Positions 38,573 through 51,090 of a stretch of DNA of 64,000 nucleotides are shown here, piece by piece. The notes under the pieces are model-generated. The model saw nothing but the letters and a program-made list of their open reading frames with translations, searched no databases and was not told the DNA's origin. Origin of the DNA: Octopus vulgaris (lineage: Eukaryota); the NCBI GenBank assembly GCA_951406725.2, contig OX597826.1:2046001-2110000 (forward strand), given 5' to 3'. Position numbers and translations under genes: made by a program. Within the stretch, counting starts at the first letter, position 1; the number at the start of each line of letters is the position of its first letter.

Positions 38573-39984
38573 ATGTCTGTTGAAATTATTCACGAAAGTA
38601 GTGCTCTTGAGGAGAGCAATGTTAAAAAATTTTCTGAGGTAGCCGCAGTGGCTACCGAGAAAATTGACATCGATGTCAACCAGCTCGTCGAGCTATTTAA
38701 AAAAATGCAAGAAAAGGGTGGTGATGTTAAAATATCACCCTCCGCCAGTATCGTGGAGACCGAGAAGCGGACCGTAGTGTTTAAAACTTTCTGTCCACAA
38801 AGCAGAAGGTTCAAACACTTTGAAAAAAGTACCATCGAGAAATGCCTGTCCCCGATTTGGAAGGACATCGTGTACGTCGCCAGGGGACGGGCATATGGCA
38901 CAGTGGATGTCCGCTTCTCGGGGAAAGAAATGGCCCGAGGGCATTCTGTAAACCCCCTAAAAACCAAGGAGGTGGTACTTTTTCCAAGCTATAGGGGACG
39001 CAGGACGTCCCGGGTCAGGATTGTAGAAGCCCCGCCGGAAGTTGATCCGGTAGAGGTAGTGGCCGCCCTATTATATAAAAGGGCGGACAAAATAAAAATA
39101 CTAGAAGTAACATGCTCTACCCCTCGATTTTGGCTCGGGCGTAACATTAATATATTAATTCAAGGAACAGCGGAGGACCTACAGCTCCTTCCTGAGAGGG
39201 TGCTCGTGGGCGAGAACGTAGCCCTCAGGGTACAGGTCGAAGGCCGAAAACCCACCTGTTACGCCTGCGGCGAAAAGGGCCACATTCGTGTAGACTGTCC
39301 AGACAAGCAAAAGAAACCGCAGACACCAGGCCCCTCAGATAATAAAAAAAGTCCCTACCCTTGCAAACACACCTAACCCTACAAAAAAAAAACACAAAAA
39401 ATCCCACTCCTGCTGTTACGGTGCCAACCCCAAAACAGACTGAAGAAAAAACCCAGCCCTCGCACTCACAAACCCCTACACTATTAAAACCTCCCACCCC
39501 CCTAAAAACTGCGGCGCCTACCGAACAAACTATTGCTACCCCAGACGATACCATGGAGGTATCAGAGGGGGGATTTACACCAGTTCGTAAAAGAATTCGT
39601 GCAGCATCCCCGTCCACATCCCCTACAAAAAATAATAAAAACAAAGACACACCACAGACACGGAAAAAAAAATCCCGCTCAACTGGCCCAGAAAAAGAAG
39701 ACAAAAAAGAAAATGAACTCATATTAATTGAATTCGACGCACAAGACAAATACATAAACGATATTGTGGTTCAGCATCAGTCAGCAAGACTGTACAACAA
39801 ATACAAAGATCGAAATAGACACGCGTGGATTGCGGAAACAACGTTCAAACAATTAAAAGACAGACACCCAAACGCCATCCGGCATGTCGCGAACTTTCCG
39901 GACTATCTGAAGAAAGAGGAGAAAGAAGGGGCCCACAAACGTGTGGTGAGGTCGGCCCCCACCTCTCCAACGAAATGTAAGTAG
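38573..39984 (+). pseudogene. LINE ORF1 (gag-like nucleic-acid-binding protein), one -1 frameshift near 39344-39373
   Basis: ATG at 38573, zinc knuckle CYACGEKGHIRVDC, then a Pro/Thr/Lys-rich continuation in the overlapping frame (39361-39984) ending 17 nt before ORF2. Confidence 0.85.
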
Positions 39985-40001
39985 AACTTTTACTTTTTGT
40001 A

Positions 40002-43000
40002 ATGGCTTCGCTTAACCTTGGTTGTTTAAATGTGCGTGGTCTGAGTTCGAAGTGGAAGCAGGCTTGTTTCCTCGACGACCTCAGATCACATGATATACAT
40101 GTGATGGTTGCTACAGAGACCAAGCTGGACAGCCTACAAACCTTCTCGCCTCTCCTGAATGGCTACGAGAAAATCATGTCTCCTGGCCAGACCGGAGGGC
40201 GAGGGGGCGTAGTGGTACTGATCCGTAAAGACTTGGCTCTACAGACAAGTACAGTCTATGTAGACCCAGAAGGTGGGCTGGTCGTCCTTGATGTGACATA
40301 CAGCAGTAAGGCCTTCAGGTTGATCGGACTATATGCACCTTGTGCTAGAGGTTTCCAAACTGATTTTTATCGGCGCCTAGAGGGCTTTCTCGTGACGTCG
40401 AAGACTTTAGTGATATTAGGGGACTTTAATGCTATCGTTGACGTACACATCGATAGCGTTGGCTCGATCTATAGGAAAGTGAACTCACGTCTCGTGGATC
40501 TGCTTAAGCGGTTTCAGCTAGTAGATCGTTACAGACTTGACCATCCGAACGTCCCAGAGTGGACCTGGATGAGTGGCGACGGAAGGTTCAAGTCTTATCT
40601 AGACAGGATAGTGATAAGAACTAGAGATAAGTCTAGTTTTAGTTGTCCACAGCTCGTCCAGGTGCCCTATACTGACCATAGAATGGTCACGTGTAGACTG
40701 GACATAGATAGCACACTTAAGATAGGAACCGGCTACTGGAAGCTGAACAAGTCTATTTTGACACGCGAGGCATACCGTAGCCGGATTAAGGTGTTAGTGC
40801 AGAGGGCGTTAACCGGAGCCGTGGTTAATAACCGGTGGTGGTTCACCCTCAAAAGAGCCATTCGATTCGAGTCCATTAGATTTAGTAAACAACTAAGACT
40901 AGATAGGGCTAGAATAGAAGGGCAACTAGTTAAGAACTTAGAGGAGGCGTTGAGGTTGGGCTCTGCATCTCACATTTTAGCGGCGAGAACGGCATTAGAC
41001 CGTCACCTCAAAACCAAACATGAGGGATGTAGAATCCGGGCTAAAGTACGAGCATTGGGCCGTGAGGGAATTAATGTTGCCGGATGGGCCCGTACGATAG
41101 AAACACAGCGTGGAAACGATGCCACAATTGGGTCTCTTGTTGATGAAAACGGATGCACGATCAAGAAGCGGGACGAGATGTGTGAGGCACTTCACAAGCA
41201 CTTCGCCGAGTTGTTCGGGAGGTGCGGGACGCTGGATCATGGTGAGGCCCTTAGGGACTTCCTGTCTGGTGGCCCGCGCCTCTCGACACGAGAGGCTGAG
41301 TGCTGTGAAGGGCCAATCACAGCCGAGGAAGTAATCGAAGTGTTGGGCAAGTGCCCCGGGGAGAAGTCGCCGGGTCTCGATGGTCTGCCCTATGAATTTT
41401 ATAGAAGTATGCCAGACTTGTTCGGGCACCTGCTGGCTAGCGTCTACGCCAACTGGCAGCAGAATGGGAGAATTCCCAAGTCTGCGAGCCGGGGGGCGGT
41501 GACGTTGATCAGGAAGGACCCGAACAAGGGGGACGAGATAGGGAACTTCAGGCCCATAACTCTGTTAAACACAGAGTTAAAGATTCTGGCCAAGGTGCTA
41601 GCAAAAAGGTTGGCGCGGGTCGTGGACAAACTTGTCGGGGAAGCGCAAACGTGCGCTATCCCCGGCAGAACGATCCACGACAATCCCCACCTTATACGCT
41701 ACTCCTTAGAGAGGGTGGGGAAGCTTTCTGGCGCAGGGGGAGCACTGGTACATTTAGACCAGTCCAAAACATTTGATAGGGTCGACCATCGGTACCTGGC
41801 GGCGGTCCTCGGAGAGGCTGGCCTAGGCCCGACCTTTCGAGGTTGGATCGCTGCTTTGTATAGCGACATCGAGTCTGTAGTCAAAGTGAACGGTTCCTTT
41901 TCGAAGCCGTTCAGGATCGAGCGTTCAGTTCGTCAAGAGTGCCCCCTGTCCTCGCTCCTATACGTATTGGCTCTTGAGCCTTTGCTGCGGGAGTTGGAGG
42001 CACTAGGGGCGCGCCGCATGATCTATGGTGTGGAAGAGGAGCTACGGCGTATGCGGATGACACCTCCATCATCGTGGCAGACGAAGGCCAGCTTCCAGTG
42101 GTGGAAGAGGCCATCAAAAGCTACGAGGCGGTGGCAGGAGCAAAGGTTAACAAGGACAAGTCGGTCGGTTTGCAACTCGGCACCTGGAGGGGCAAGCCGA
42201 TGCCGTCCAATAACGTCGTAGGGCGTTGGACGGAAGGTCCTGTTAAGCTGCTCGGAGTCTGGTTCGGGCCAGACCTCCAGATTGAGAAAAATTGGAGTGA
42301 GGTGGCCAACAAGGTGACCGCTCTAACCCAGACCTGGTCTGGGCGGGCGTTATCCCTGCTAGGGAAGGCGGAGGTGGTGCAGATGTTTATAGCATCAGTA
42401 ATCACCTACCGTCTGACCGTGGTGCCTTGCCCCGATTTGTGGCTGAACAAGTTGGAGAGAATCCTTTTCCGATTTTTGTGGAAAGGAGGAAGGCCACTTG
42501 TAAAGCGCTCTGTCTGCTGCCAGAAACCGCTAAAGGGTGGGCTAGGGATGCCTTGGCTGAGGATGCGAAAACTCGCGTTAAGGTTGAGGCACCTCTGGCT
42601 TTACCTGGATGGAGAGCAGGTGTGGCCACCGCACGTCCTGTTCTACCTTCCCCAGTTAACATCCCTAACGGACATCGGTGCATGGATCAAGCGGAGACCT
42701 AAACTGAGTGAATGGCATTTGGAGTGCCGTCAGGCGCTCCAGCTACTATCTCGGGTGGGCAACGCCGGCAACAGGAGTTCCACCACGGATTTCTATAGCG
42801 GGTTAGTGGAGATTAAGTCCGAAGACGCCTTGGAGGAGACCCTGGGCTACGATGAAAATCAGTTGGTCAACCTGTTCCGGAGGACGTTCGGGCCGGGGTA
42901 TCTGGATAATTACCAGAAATCCCTGGCCTGGCAGTGTTTCCGTGCGGCTTTACCTGTTCGCGACAAGCTGTCAAGGCACGGTAGTGTCGTCTCGCCGACA

Positions 43001-43402
43001 TGCCCGCGATGTGAGCAGGATAGGGAGACCGTCTTGCACGCATTCGTGGAGTGTCCGGAGTTATCGGGACTGATAGCTTTTGTTGAACAACTGTTGTCAG
43101 TGATGGGAAGAGTACAGCTATCAGCTGAGTCTATCATCGAGACTGTGCCGCCCCCTTTCCTTAACAGGGAAAGAAAGGCTTGTTTTTTCTGTGTAGTAGC
43201 CATACTGAAAGAAACAGTATGGAAGACGCGTACGAAAGGTATAGTGACAGGGACCTTTGTCTCCGGCCAGGGGTTGATTAACTTTTTTAGTTACCACCTC
43301 AGTAGCAAAATCAGGCTGGAGAAGAGGTGTCTGTCACGAGATATGTTTGCGAAAAGATGGAAGCCTGTGGCATACAAGATGGGTATGTTTGGCACCAGGT
43401 AA
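40002..43402 (+). pseudogene. LINE ORF2: AP endonuclease + reverse transcriptase + CCHC, one -1 frameshift near 42006-42009
   Basis: APE motifs NVRGL, YAP, GDFN, LDR and TDH; GYWKLN; RT motifs KSPGLDG, NFRPITLLN, DQSKTFDRV and QECPLS; AYADD at 42047-42061 in the second frame; C-terminal CPRC...HAFVEC. Confidence 0.95.
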
Positions 43403-43630
43403 GTGTGACCGGATCAGAAAGTAAAGGTTCTACCCGGATGGCTGGGTGTCCGTCCTTCGACATGATCATTAATATTTTTAAACATTGCCTTCGTAAAATT
43501 CATTGTTTATAATCTTACCCGTAATTTCATTCGAAAATTGTAACTGTGTTAAGCTACTTCACCCTTTATATTTGTCTGTCCTTGTTTGTCCCCTCTTTGT
43601 AAATGCCTAAATGGCAAATTATATGAAATA

Positions 43631-43773
43631 AAGTAGCTTGCTAACCAACCACATGGTTCTGGGTTCAGTCCCACTGCGTGGCATCTTGGGCAAGTGTCTT
43701 CTGCTATAGCCCCGGGCCGACCAATGCTTTGTGAGTGGATTTGGTAGACGGAAACTGAAAGAAGCCTGTCGTA

Positions 43774-43826
<53 letters not shown>

Positions 43827-44020
43827 CTGTGTTTGTCCCCCTAGCATTGCTTGACAACCGATGCTGGTGTGTTTACGTCCCCGTCACTTAGCGGTTCGGC
43901 AAAAGAGACCGATAGAATAAGCACTGGGCTTACAAAGAATAAATCCCGGGGTCGATTTGCTCGACTAAAGGCGGTGCTCCAGCATGGCCGCAGTCAAATG
44001 ACTGAAACAAGTAAAAGAGT
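43631..44020 (+). mobile_element. 3' part of the family A SINE split by the LINE
   Basis: Continues ACCACATGGTTCTGGGTTCAGTCCC to the GTAAAAGAGT tail. Confidence 0.95.
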
Positions 44021-44282
44021 ATATATATATACATACTTTTCATTTAGAATATATTTGCAGACATACAGACCGATTCCGGCTGGATCATTTCCAATCCTGT
44101 GTTGGCGTTCTATAAGCGACCGAACAGTCTCTAATTGTCCTGGGAAACGTTCTTTATGACTGTATTAGTTTCTCGGACAGTCGGCCTTCTAGGGTCTTCT
44201 TCCTGCTTATGTTATGGTTGATGTGGATTAAAGTTTACTTGTAACGGTTTTAAAACATTAACATTATCAAAGTCTCCGGTCT

Positions 44283-44840
44283 TGGAGGGCCTGCCAAGGT
44301 TATGGGAAGATATATCAAGTAAAACACGTCTTGGCCTTTGAGTTCTCCAAAGACTTAGAATTAAAGGTAAGTTTGGAGGAACAATTAATTTACATGTTCT
44401 ATGACTCTCTCATAGGAGAACTGAAAGGCCAAAATGTCTTTTACTTACTAAATCTGGTGGAAGAGACACAGCCTATAACCTTGGAAAGCCCTGCACGACC
44501 GGTGACTTCGATGGTGTTAAAACATTCCCATCAGTTTTTATTTTGTTGTTTTGAATGACTTTAGAAGGATGAATATTAAAGTAGATCTTGATGTCGTTTG
44601 AAATTAGAATATAAAATGGGGCAACAAATTATACATTAGCGTATCAAACCAAACAGCAGAAATTTATCTTCACCATATCCAGTTTACTTAAAGTTACAGG
44701 AGAGCTTGCAGGAAGTATTAATAAACAGTAGTTCTGTGATTTTGCCATAGGAGAGCTCAAAGATCAAGATGTCTTTTAATTACTATATCTGGGGGAAGGG
44801 ACACTGCCCATAACCTTGGCACTGCCATAACCTTGGTGTT
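44283..44840. repeat. Three diverged ~80-bp units, one inverted and two direct
   Basis: GGAGA.CT.AAAG..CAA.ATGTCTTTTA...ATAACCTTGG at ~44415-44492 and ~44750-44825; reverse copy at ~44285-44348. Confidence 0.65.
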
Positions 44841-45475
44841 AATTTTCTTGTAAGACTGTTAGAAGTAAACCTTGATCCGCTTCCACCAGAAAACATAAAC
44901 AGGAATAAGATTCCGGAGAAGCGACTGTCCGAGAAGTAAGGACAGTGATGGTGGTTCATGGTGGGTTGGATGCAACAAGAGTGACAAGATGAGGAGAGAC
45001 GAATGTCTAGGGAACGCCTGAGTAGAGGAGGTATGAGAGCAATCAGCTCAAATGAAAAGAAGCGGTTATAGTTATAAGAGAACAGAGAGATAAGTGACAC
45101 TGAACCGGTGAACCAGAGGCTGAAACGTGTCCGTTGGTGATTTAATGCTGACCAGTCGAGTGACCGTTCTGTGGATGCGACAATCATTAAAGACAAATGA
45201 GAACGAGTACTGTGGATTAAATGGTCAGCTCACAAGGCATTAAATCAATTTATCGGTTTTTGTCTTTCGTTGTATATATTGAATTTTATCGATATTGTAA
45301 TGCTTTTGCCCTCCAAGTCCATGATTATTGGTGCGTTCATAGTGTTCTGTTTCAATGTTGCACTTGTTACTCATGGACATAATGGTGGTGGTTAAACAAG
45401 CAGAGAAAGGGCCGGTTTCTAACTTAGATCCAAGTAAAAGATAAAACGATGAATATAGGAATGAAATAAGTAAAT

Positions 45476-45644
45476 AGGCTCAGGCGTGGCTGTGTGGTAA
45501 GAAGCTTGCTTACCAACCTCATAGTTCTAGGTTCAGTCCCACTGCGTGGCACCTTGGGCAAGTGTCTTCTCTTATAGACTTGAGTCGACCAAAACCGTGT
45601 GAGTGGATTCGGTAGACGGAAACTGAAGAAGCCCGTCGTATATG

Positions 45645-45683
<39 letters not shown>

Positions 45684-45764
45684 TATTATTATTATTTGAG
45701 GGAATATTAATCCTAACTTAGAGGGAAAAAATTCAATTTAGAAATACTAAATCAACTTTCACGC

Positions 45765-45803
<39 letters not shown>

Positions 45804-45981
45804 AAATTAGAAAAAAACAATTATATACGTTTTTATTATTTGTTTGCAATTTACTTAATCATTGGTATTTTATTGTTATTTTAATTTTAATATTTCTATT
45901 ATATGTAATTTTCTAGATGGTGTAATTTAATTGTTCATTTTGAATTGATAAAAGGTGTTTTTTTCTAATTATATATATATA

Positions 45982-46049
<68 letters not shown>

Positions 46050-46335
46050 TGCATGTATGTATTATGTATGTATGTCTCTGTGTGTGTGTATTTATGTGTG
46101 CGTGTCTTTGTGTCTGTGTTTCTATCCCATCACCGCTCGACAGCCGATGTTCGTGCGCTAACGTCCCCGTAACTTAGTGGTTCACCAAAAGAGAACGTTA
46201 GCAAAAGCACTAGGCTTAAAGATATTAATAAAAAGGCCTGGGATCGATTCGTTCGACTAAAACCCCTGAAGGAGGCGCTCCAGCAACGTTGCAGTCAAAT
46301 GACTGAACCAAGTAAAAGAAAACAGGAATAAAAGA
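45476..46335 (+). mobile_element. SINE family A with a ~430-bp expanded or interrupted internal microsatellite region
   Basis: Head 45476-45640 and tail ~46075-46335 are colinear. Confidence 0.8.
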
Positions 46336-46386
46336 AAACGATGTTGGAAGGATTAAGAATAAAAGATGCACGAGATAACTCACATA

Positions 46387-46704
46387 TTCTTTTATTCTTT
46401 TATTCTTTTCAGTCATTTGGCTGCGGCCTTTGCTGGAGCACCTCCTTTAGTCGAACAGATCGACCCCCCCAGGACTTATTGTTTGTAAGCCTAGTATTTA
46501 CCCTAACGGCCTCTTTTGCCGATCCGCTAAGTTACGGGGACGTAAACACACCTACATCGGTTGTCAAGCGATAGTGTAGGGGATGGGACATACATAGACA
46601 TACAAATACATACATATACACTATTTCAGTTTCCGTCTACCATATCCACTCACAAAGCTATAGTAAAAGATACATGCCCAAGGTGCCACACAGCCACACC
46701 TGCG

Positions 46705-46708
<4 letters not shown>
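46387..46708 (-). mobile_element. SINE family A with internal deletions
   Basis: Reverse tail to CACAGCCACACCTGCGCC head. Confidence 0.85.
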
Positions 46709-46802
<94 letters not shown>

Positions 46803-47131
46803 ATCGTGTGTGTGTAAATATATATATATTATATATTCCCAATAAATAGACGTAATATAAACTCTCGTACAACACTTATTTCTCCACATGATACCAAAAC
46901 AAGCAGCGTATATCCTTTGATAGAGTTCTGCTCCTTTTGTGGTTCTTTTATTCTTCCTTCTCTCTTTTGTCTTTACGAAGTAAGTCTTACTGCTTTTGGT
47001 TTTCACTCTCACCTCTCACCTCTCCACGACACAGTCCGTCCCTACTTATCATGGATATCCGACTCGACCACACTATAAAGACAACGCTTATTACGTGACA
47101 ACTAAAACAATCGCTTAAATGTGAATGTAGA

Positions 47132-47268
47132 CACTACTACTACTACTACTACAACTACTACTACTACTACTACAACTACTACTGCTGCTGCTGCTGCTGC
47201 TACTACTACTACTGCTACTACTACTACTACTACCATCACCACTGCCACTACTACCACTCATACTACTT

Positions 47269-47311
<43 letters not shown>

Positions 47312-47590
47312 CATACCGCTGCCACCACCACCACCACCACCACTACGATTACTACCATCGCAGTCACCATGGCTATTACTATCACCTCTGCCATCATCTC
47401 TACTATCACCACCGCCACCACCACTATCAGCACCACTGCAAACACCACCACTACAACTACTACTACCACCACTCATACAACTATCACCACCATTACTACT
47501 ACTGCACCATCATCACCACAAACAGCACCACCGCCACCACCACCCCAACTACTATTACGCCACCATTGTCACCGCAAACACCACCGAAGT
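47132..47590. repeat. (CTA)n/(CTG)n/(CCA)n compound trinucleotide repeat
   Basis: Directly visible. Confidence 0.9.
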
Positions 47591-47614
47591 CAACTCTATC
47601 TTTTGTCTTTTCAG

Positions 47615-47822
47615 AGTCGAAAATCCACAGAACGAGTCAAGTCCTAGGAACGATTGCAACACCAGAACTCCATCTACCAAGTCGTCATCATCATCATCAT
47701 TAACACCTGGACAACACCGTCTCGAAGCTTAAATCTCGAGGCTCGTTACCCGGTTTACATGGCGTATAAACGATCGAGATCATAATACCCGTCCCTCGAA
47801 CGAGATACCTGTCCGTCATAAG
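47615..47822 (+). other. Candidate host exon (unverified)
   Basis: Polypyrimidine tract plus CAG (TCTTTTGTCTTTTCAG) at 47599-47614, unique CpG-rich sequence and a possible donor AAG|GTTGGT. No recognisable protein. Confidence 0.25.
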
Positions 47823-48191
47823 GTTGGTATACAGATAAATTATACGTAGTGTTCGTTCCAAGAATCGAAACTGCGATCTTGCGATCAACACCATTACCAT
47901 CATCTCTACGAATTCGCTGCCTGGAAAGTGCTCTACCAAGAACTAGAAACAGAACATCGGTTAGGCCCAGCAAAAAAAAACCAAACAAAACAAAACAAAA
48001 CAGCAAAAACAAAAAAACTACCTCTTACTTAAAAGTAGAGGTTTCTATGTATGTACAAGACCAGTTGTATGTGTTAATATATAACGAATGTTAGAGTCGT
48101 TGCTCTTGACCTCTCATCAATCTAAGTCCGAACTGTTTGTTTAGCGATACTCGACTACTAAAAGCAATGTAATTATAGAGAAATACAGTGT

Positions 48192-48235
<44 letters not shown>

Positions 48236-48377
48236 GGATAGATATATCTAAGAGTCGAATGACTATGCAATCTCAAATACACTTGCAGACACACATTTAG
48301 ACACATATGTGTGTGCTTAAACACTGCCCCACACACAAAATACATACAGACACACAAAACACGTCATATGTGTATGC

Positions 48378-48434
<57 letters not shown>

Positions 48435-48948
48435 CATACAAATACGTATATATTACATATACATACGTATATATGCGTATATTGGCGACCGAATAGCCTA
48501 GCGACAGGGTGGTATCCCGTGGAGGGACCGGGTATGTACGTTTATTTCACACACATACACACGTATATACTACATCATTATAAAATCATATCACATATAT
48601 GTATATCTATGTAATGTAGATATCTTTCTTATATAACTGAAGTATATTCGTGGAAACAATATGGCGTAATCTTAAGTTCAGCGCTCGACACTAAAATATC
48701 TCGTATTTTTTTCTCGAGAGTTGAGTAATCTCGCGTGTATAGCAACTGAGTTAATGTAATTATAATATTATAATGTAACATGTCATAATATCGTCATATG
48801 ATGTAACTGTGTTATAATGTTGTTCGAATTCTGTGGATCCGGCAAATTCTCAGTTTGTATTGGTATTCGATCAAATGGTTTCGTTGCTTTATTATTCAAT
48901 GGAGTGCGGCTGGTAGACAGAAACTGTCGGGAAGCCCGCCGTGTCTAT

Positions 48949-48986
<38 letters not shown>

Positions 48987-49134
48987 TCTTTTTTATTTTC
49001 CTTTTCTTTGCTAGCTTCAGTTCGACGTCCGTGGCCATGCTGGAGCACCACCGTTATATATTTATATATATATATGTGTGCTTGTGTGTGTGTGCTTGTG
49101 TGTATGTGTGCTTGTGTATGTTTGCTGTTTTTGG

Positions 49135-49174
<40 letters not shown>

Positions 49175-49321
49175 GCTGCTGCTACTACTGCTGCTGCTGC
49201 TGCTGCTGATATTGTTGTTGTTGCTACATCTACGCACATCCACACATCCAAACACAATATTTGTAGCCAAGTGCCTAACTTAAAAATCATTACCACACGG
49301 CGGCGTGGGGGAAGGTTATCA

Positions 49322-49385
<64 letters not shown>

Positions 49386-49894
49386 TATTTCTGCGTGTGT
49401 GTGTATATCTGTGTGTGTGTGTGTACGCGTGTAGTGTTTGGCATTAAAATTTTAGACATTTGAAGAACGGAATTTAATCAATTGTGACAGTTTGCATTAC
49501 AAAATGTTTCAAGAATTGTGTCCAAGACACACAAGAAAACAACACAGCACTTGGCCTTATTTCAAAGCAAACCTATTTCGGAGTTTGGAATTTTTGGGTC
49601 TTGTTGTTGTTGTTGTTGTTGTTTTACTTGAAAGTATTTGTTGTTATTGGTTTTGTTTTCTTTGTTGTTGTTGTTGATATTTTCCCATGGGTTTTACCTT
49701 CGAGTGTTTCCTTCCACTTACATCTTGTTTGACATCGTCGTCGTAGACGTTCCCCTTGATGTTGTTGTTGTTGCTGTTGTCGTAGTCCTCGTTGTTGTTA
49801 TTGATGTTGTTTGTTGTATGTTGTTATTTTCACCCTTGTCACAAGTTCTTGTGGTCGCAATTGTGGCCAGTTTCTTCAACTTCGCAGTAAAATT

Positions 49895-50266
49895 GCTGTG
49901 GTAGTAGTAATAATAGTAGTGGTGGTGGTAGTAGTAGTGATGGCAGTGGTGGTGGTAGTAGTTGTAGTGGTTGTGATAGTAGTAGTAGTAGTCGTGGTGG
50001 TGGTATGAGTAGTAGCAGTCGTGGTGGTGGTGGTGATGGTAGTAGTAGTAGAAGTCGTGGTGGTGTTGGTGGTGTTGTTGGTGGTGGTGGTAGTAGTACA
50101 AGTCGTGGTGGTGGTGGTAGTGGTAATAGTAATAGTAGTAGGAGTCACAGTGGTGGTGGTGGTAGTAATAGTAGTAATAGTCGTCGTGGTGGTGGTGGTA
50201 GTAGTAGTAGTCGTGGTGGTGGTAGTAATAGTAGCAGTAGTAGCAGCAGCAGTAGTTGTAGTAGTT

Positions 50267-50312
<46 letters not shown>

Positions 50313-50795
50313 CAGCAGTAGTTGTTACTCTTGTCGCTATTGTTTTTGTTATAGTTGTTTTTATAAAAAGTTATTATTGCTGTTCTTCTTGTCTTCGTCG
50401 TCGTTGTTGTTGGTGGTTTTGTTGCACCCTCCCCCCCTGCTGCCCTTCATTCTCATTTTCCGCCTTCTACTCCATCATCATCAGCAGCAGCAGCAACGCC
50501 AACATCAATACCACCACCGCTACAACTGCAACTACCTCCACCACCACCACCACCACCACTCTCGGCATCATAACATTGTCTTCACCATCACCATCATCAC
50601 AACCACCACCGTCACAATAACCACTACTACCGCCTCCACGTCCACCACAACCACCACTACTACCATCATCATCATCATCGTCGTCGTTGTCATCATCGCC
50701 GTCATAATCATTATGGCAGTCATTGTCATCGTCATCATCGCCATCATGACGAACATCATCATCACCATCACAAACACCAAAACCGTGATGACGAC

Positions 50796-50886
<91 letters not shown>

Positions 50887-51007
50887 GTGATGGTGATGGT
50901 GATGATGATGATGATTTAAATTTATTTTTGCTGTAAATTATTCAATGTTAAAATATTAATGAAATATTTCACTCCTGCAATGTACGGAATTGATGTTATT
51001 TGAAGAC

Positions 51008-51090
<83 letters not shown>

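Larger units (their letters stand above)
38184..43630 (+). mobile_element. Full-length non-LTR retrotransposon, L1/Tx1 clade
   Basis: Two-ORF structure with 5' and 3' UTRs; perfect 16-bp TSD AAGTAGCTTGCTAACC at 38168-38183 and 43631-43646. Confidence 0.95.

Noticed and set aside
39340-39395. Programmed -1 ribosomal frameshift in ORF1
   Set aside because: No X-XXY-YYZ heptamer in the correct frame; a homopolymer indel is simpler.
40995-43203. Antisense and alternative-frame ORFs inside LINE ORF2
   Set aside because: Shadow ORFs of a GC-rich coding region.
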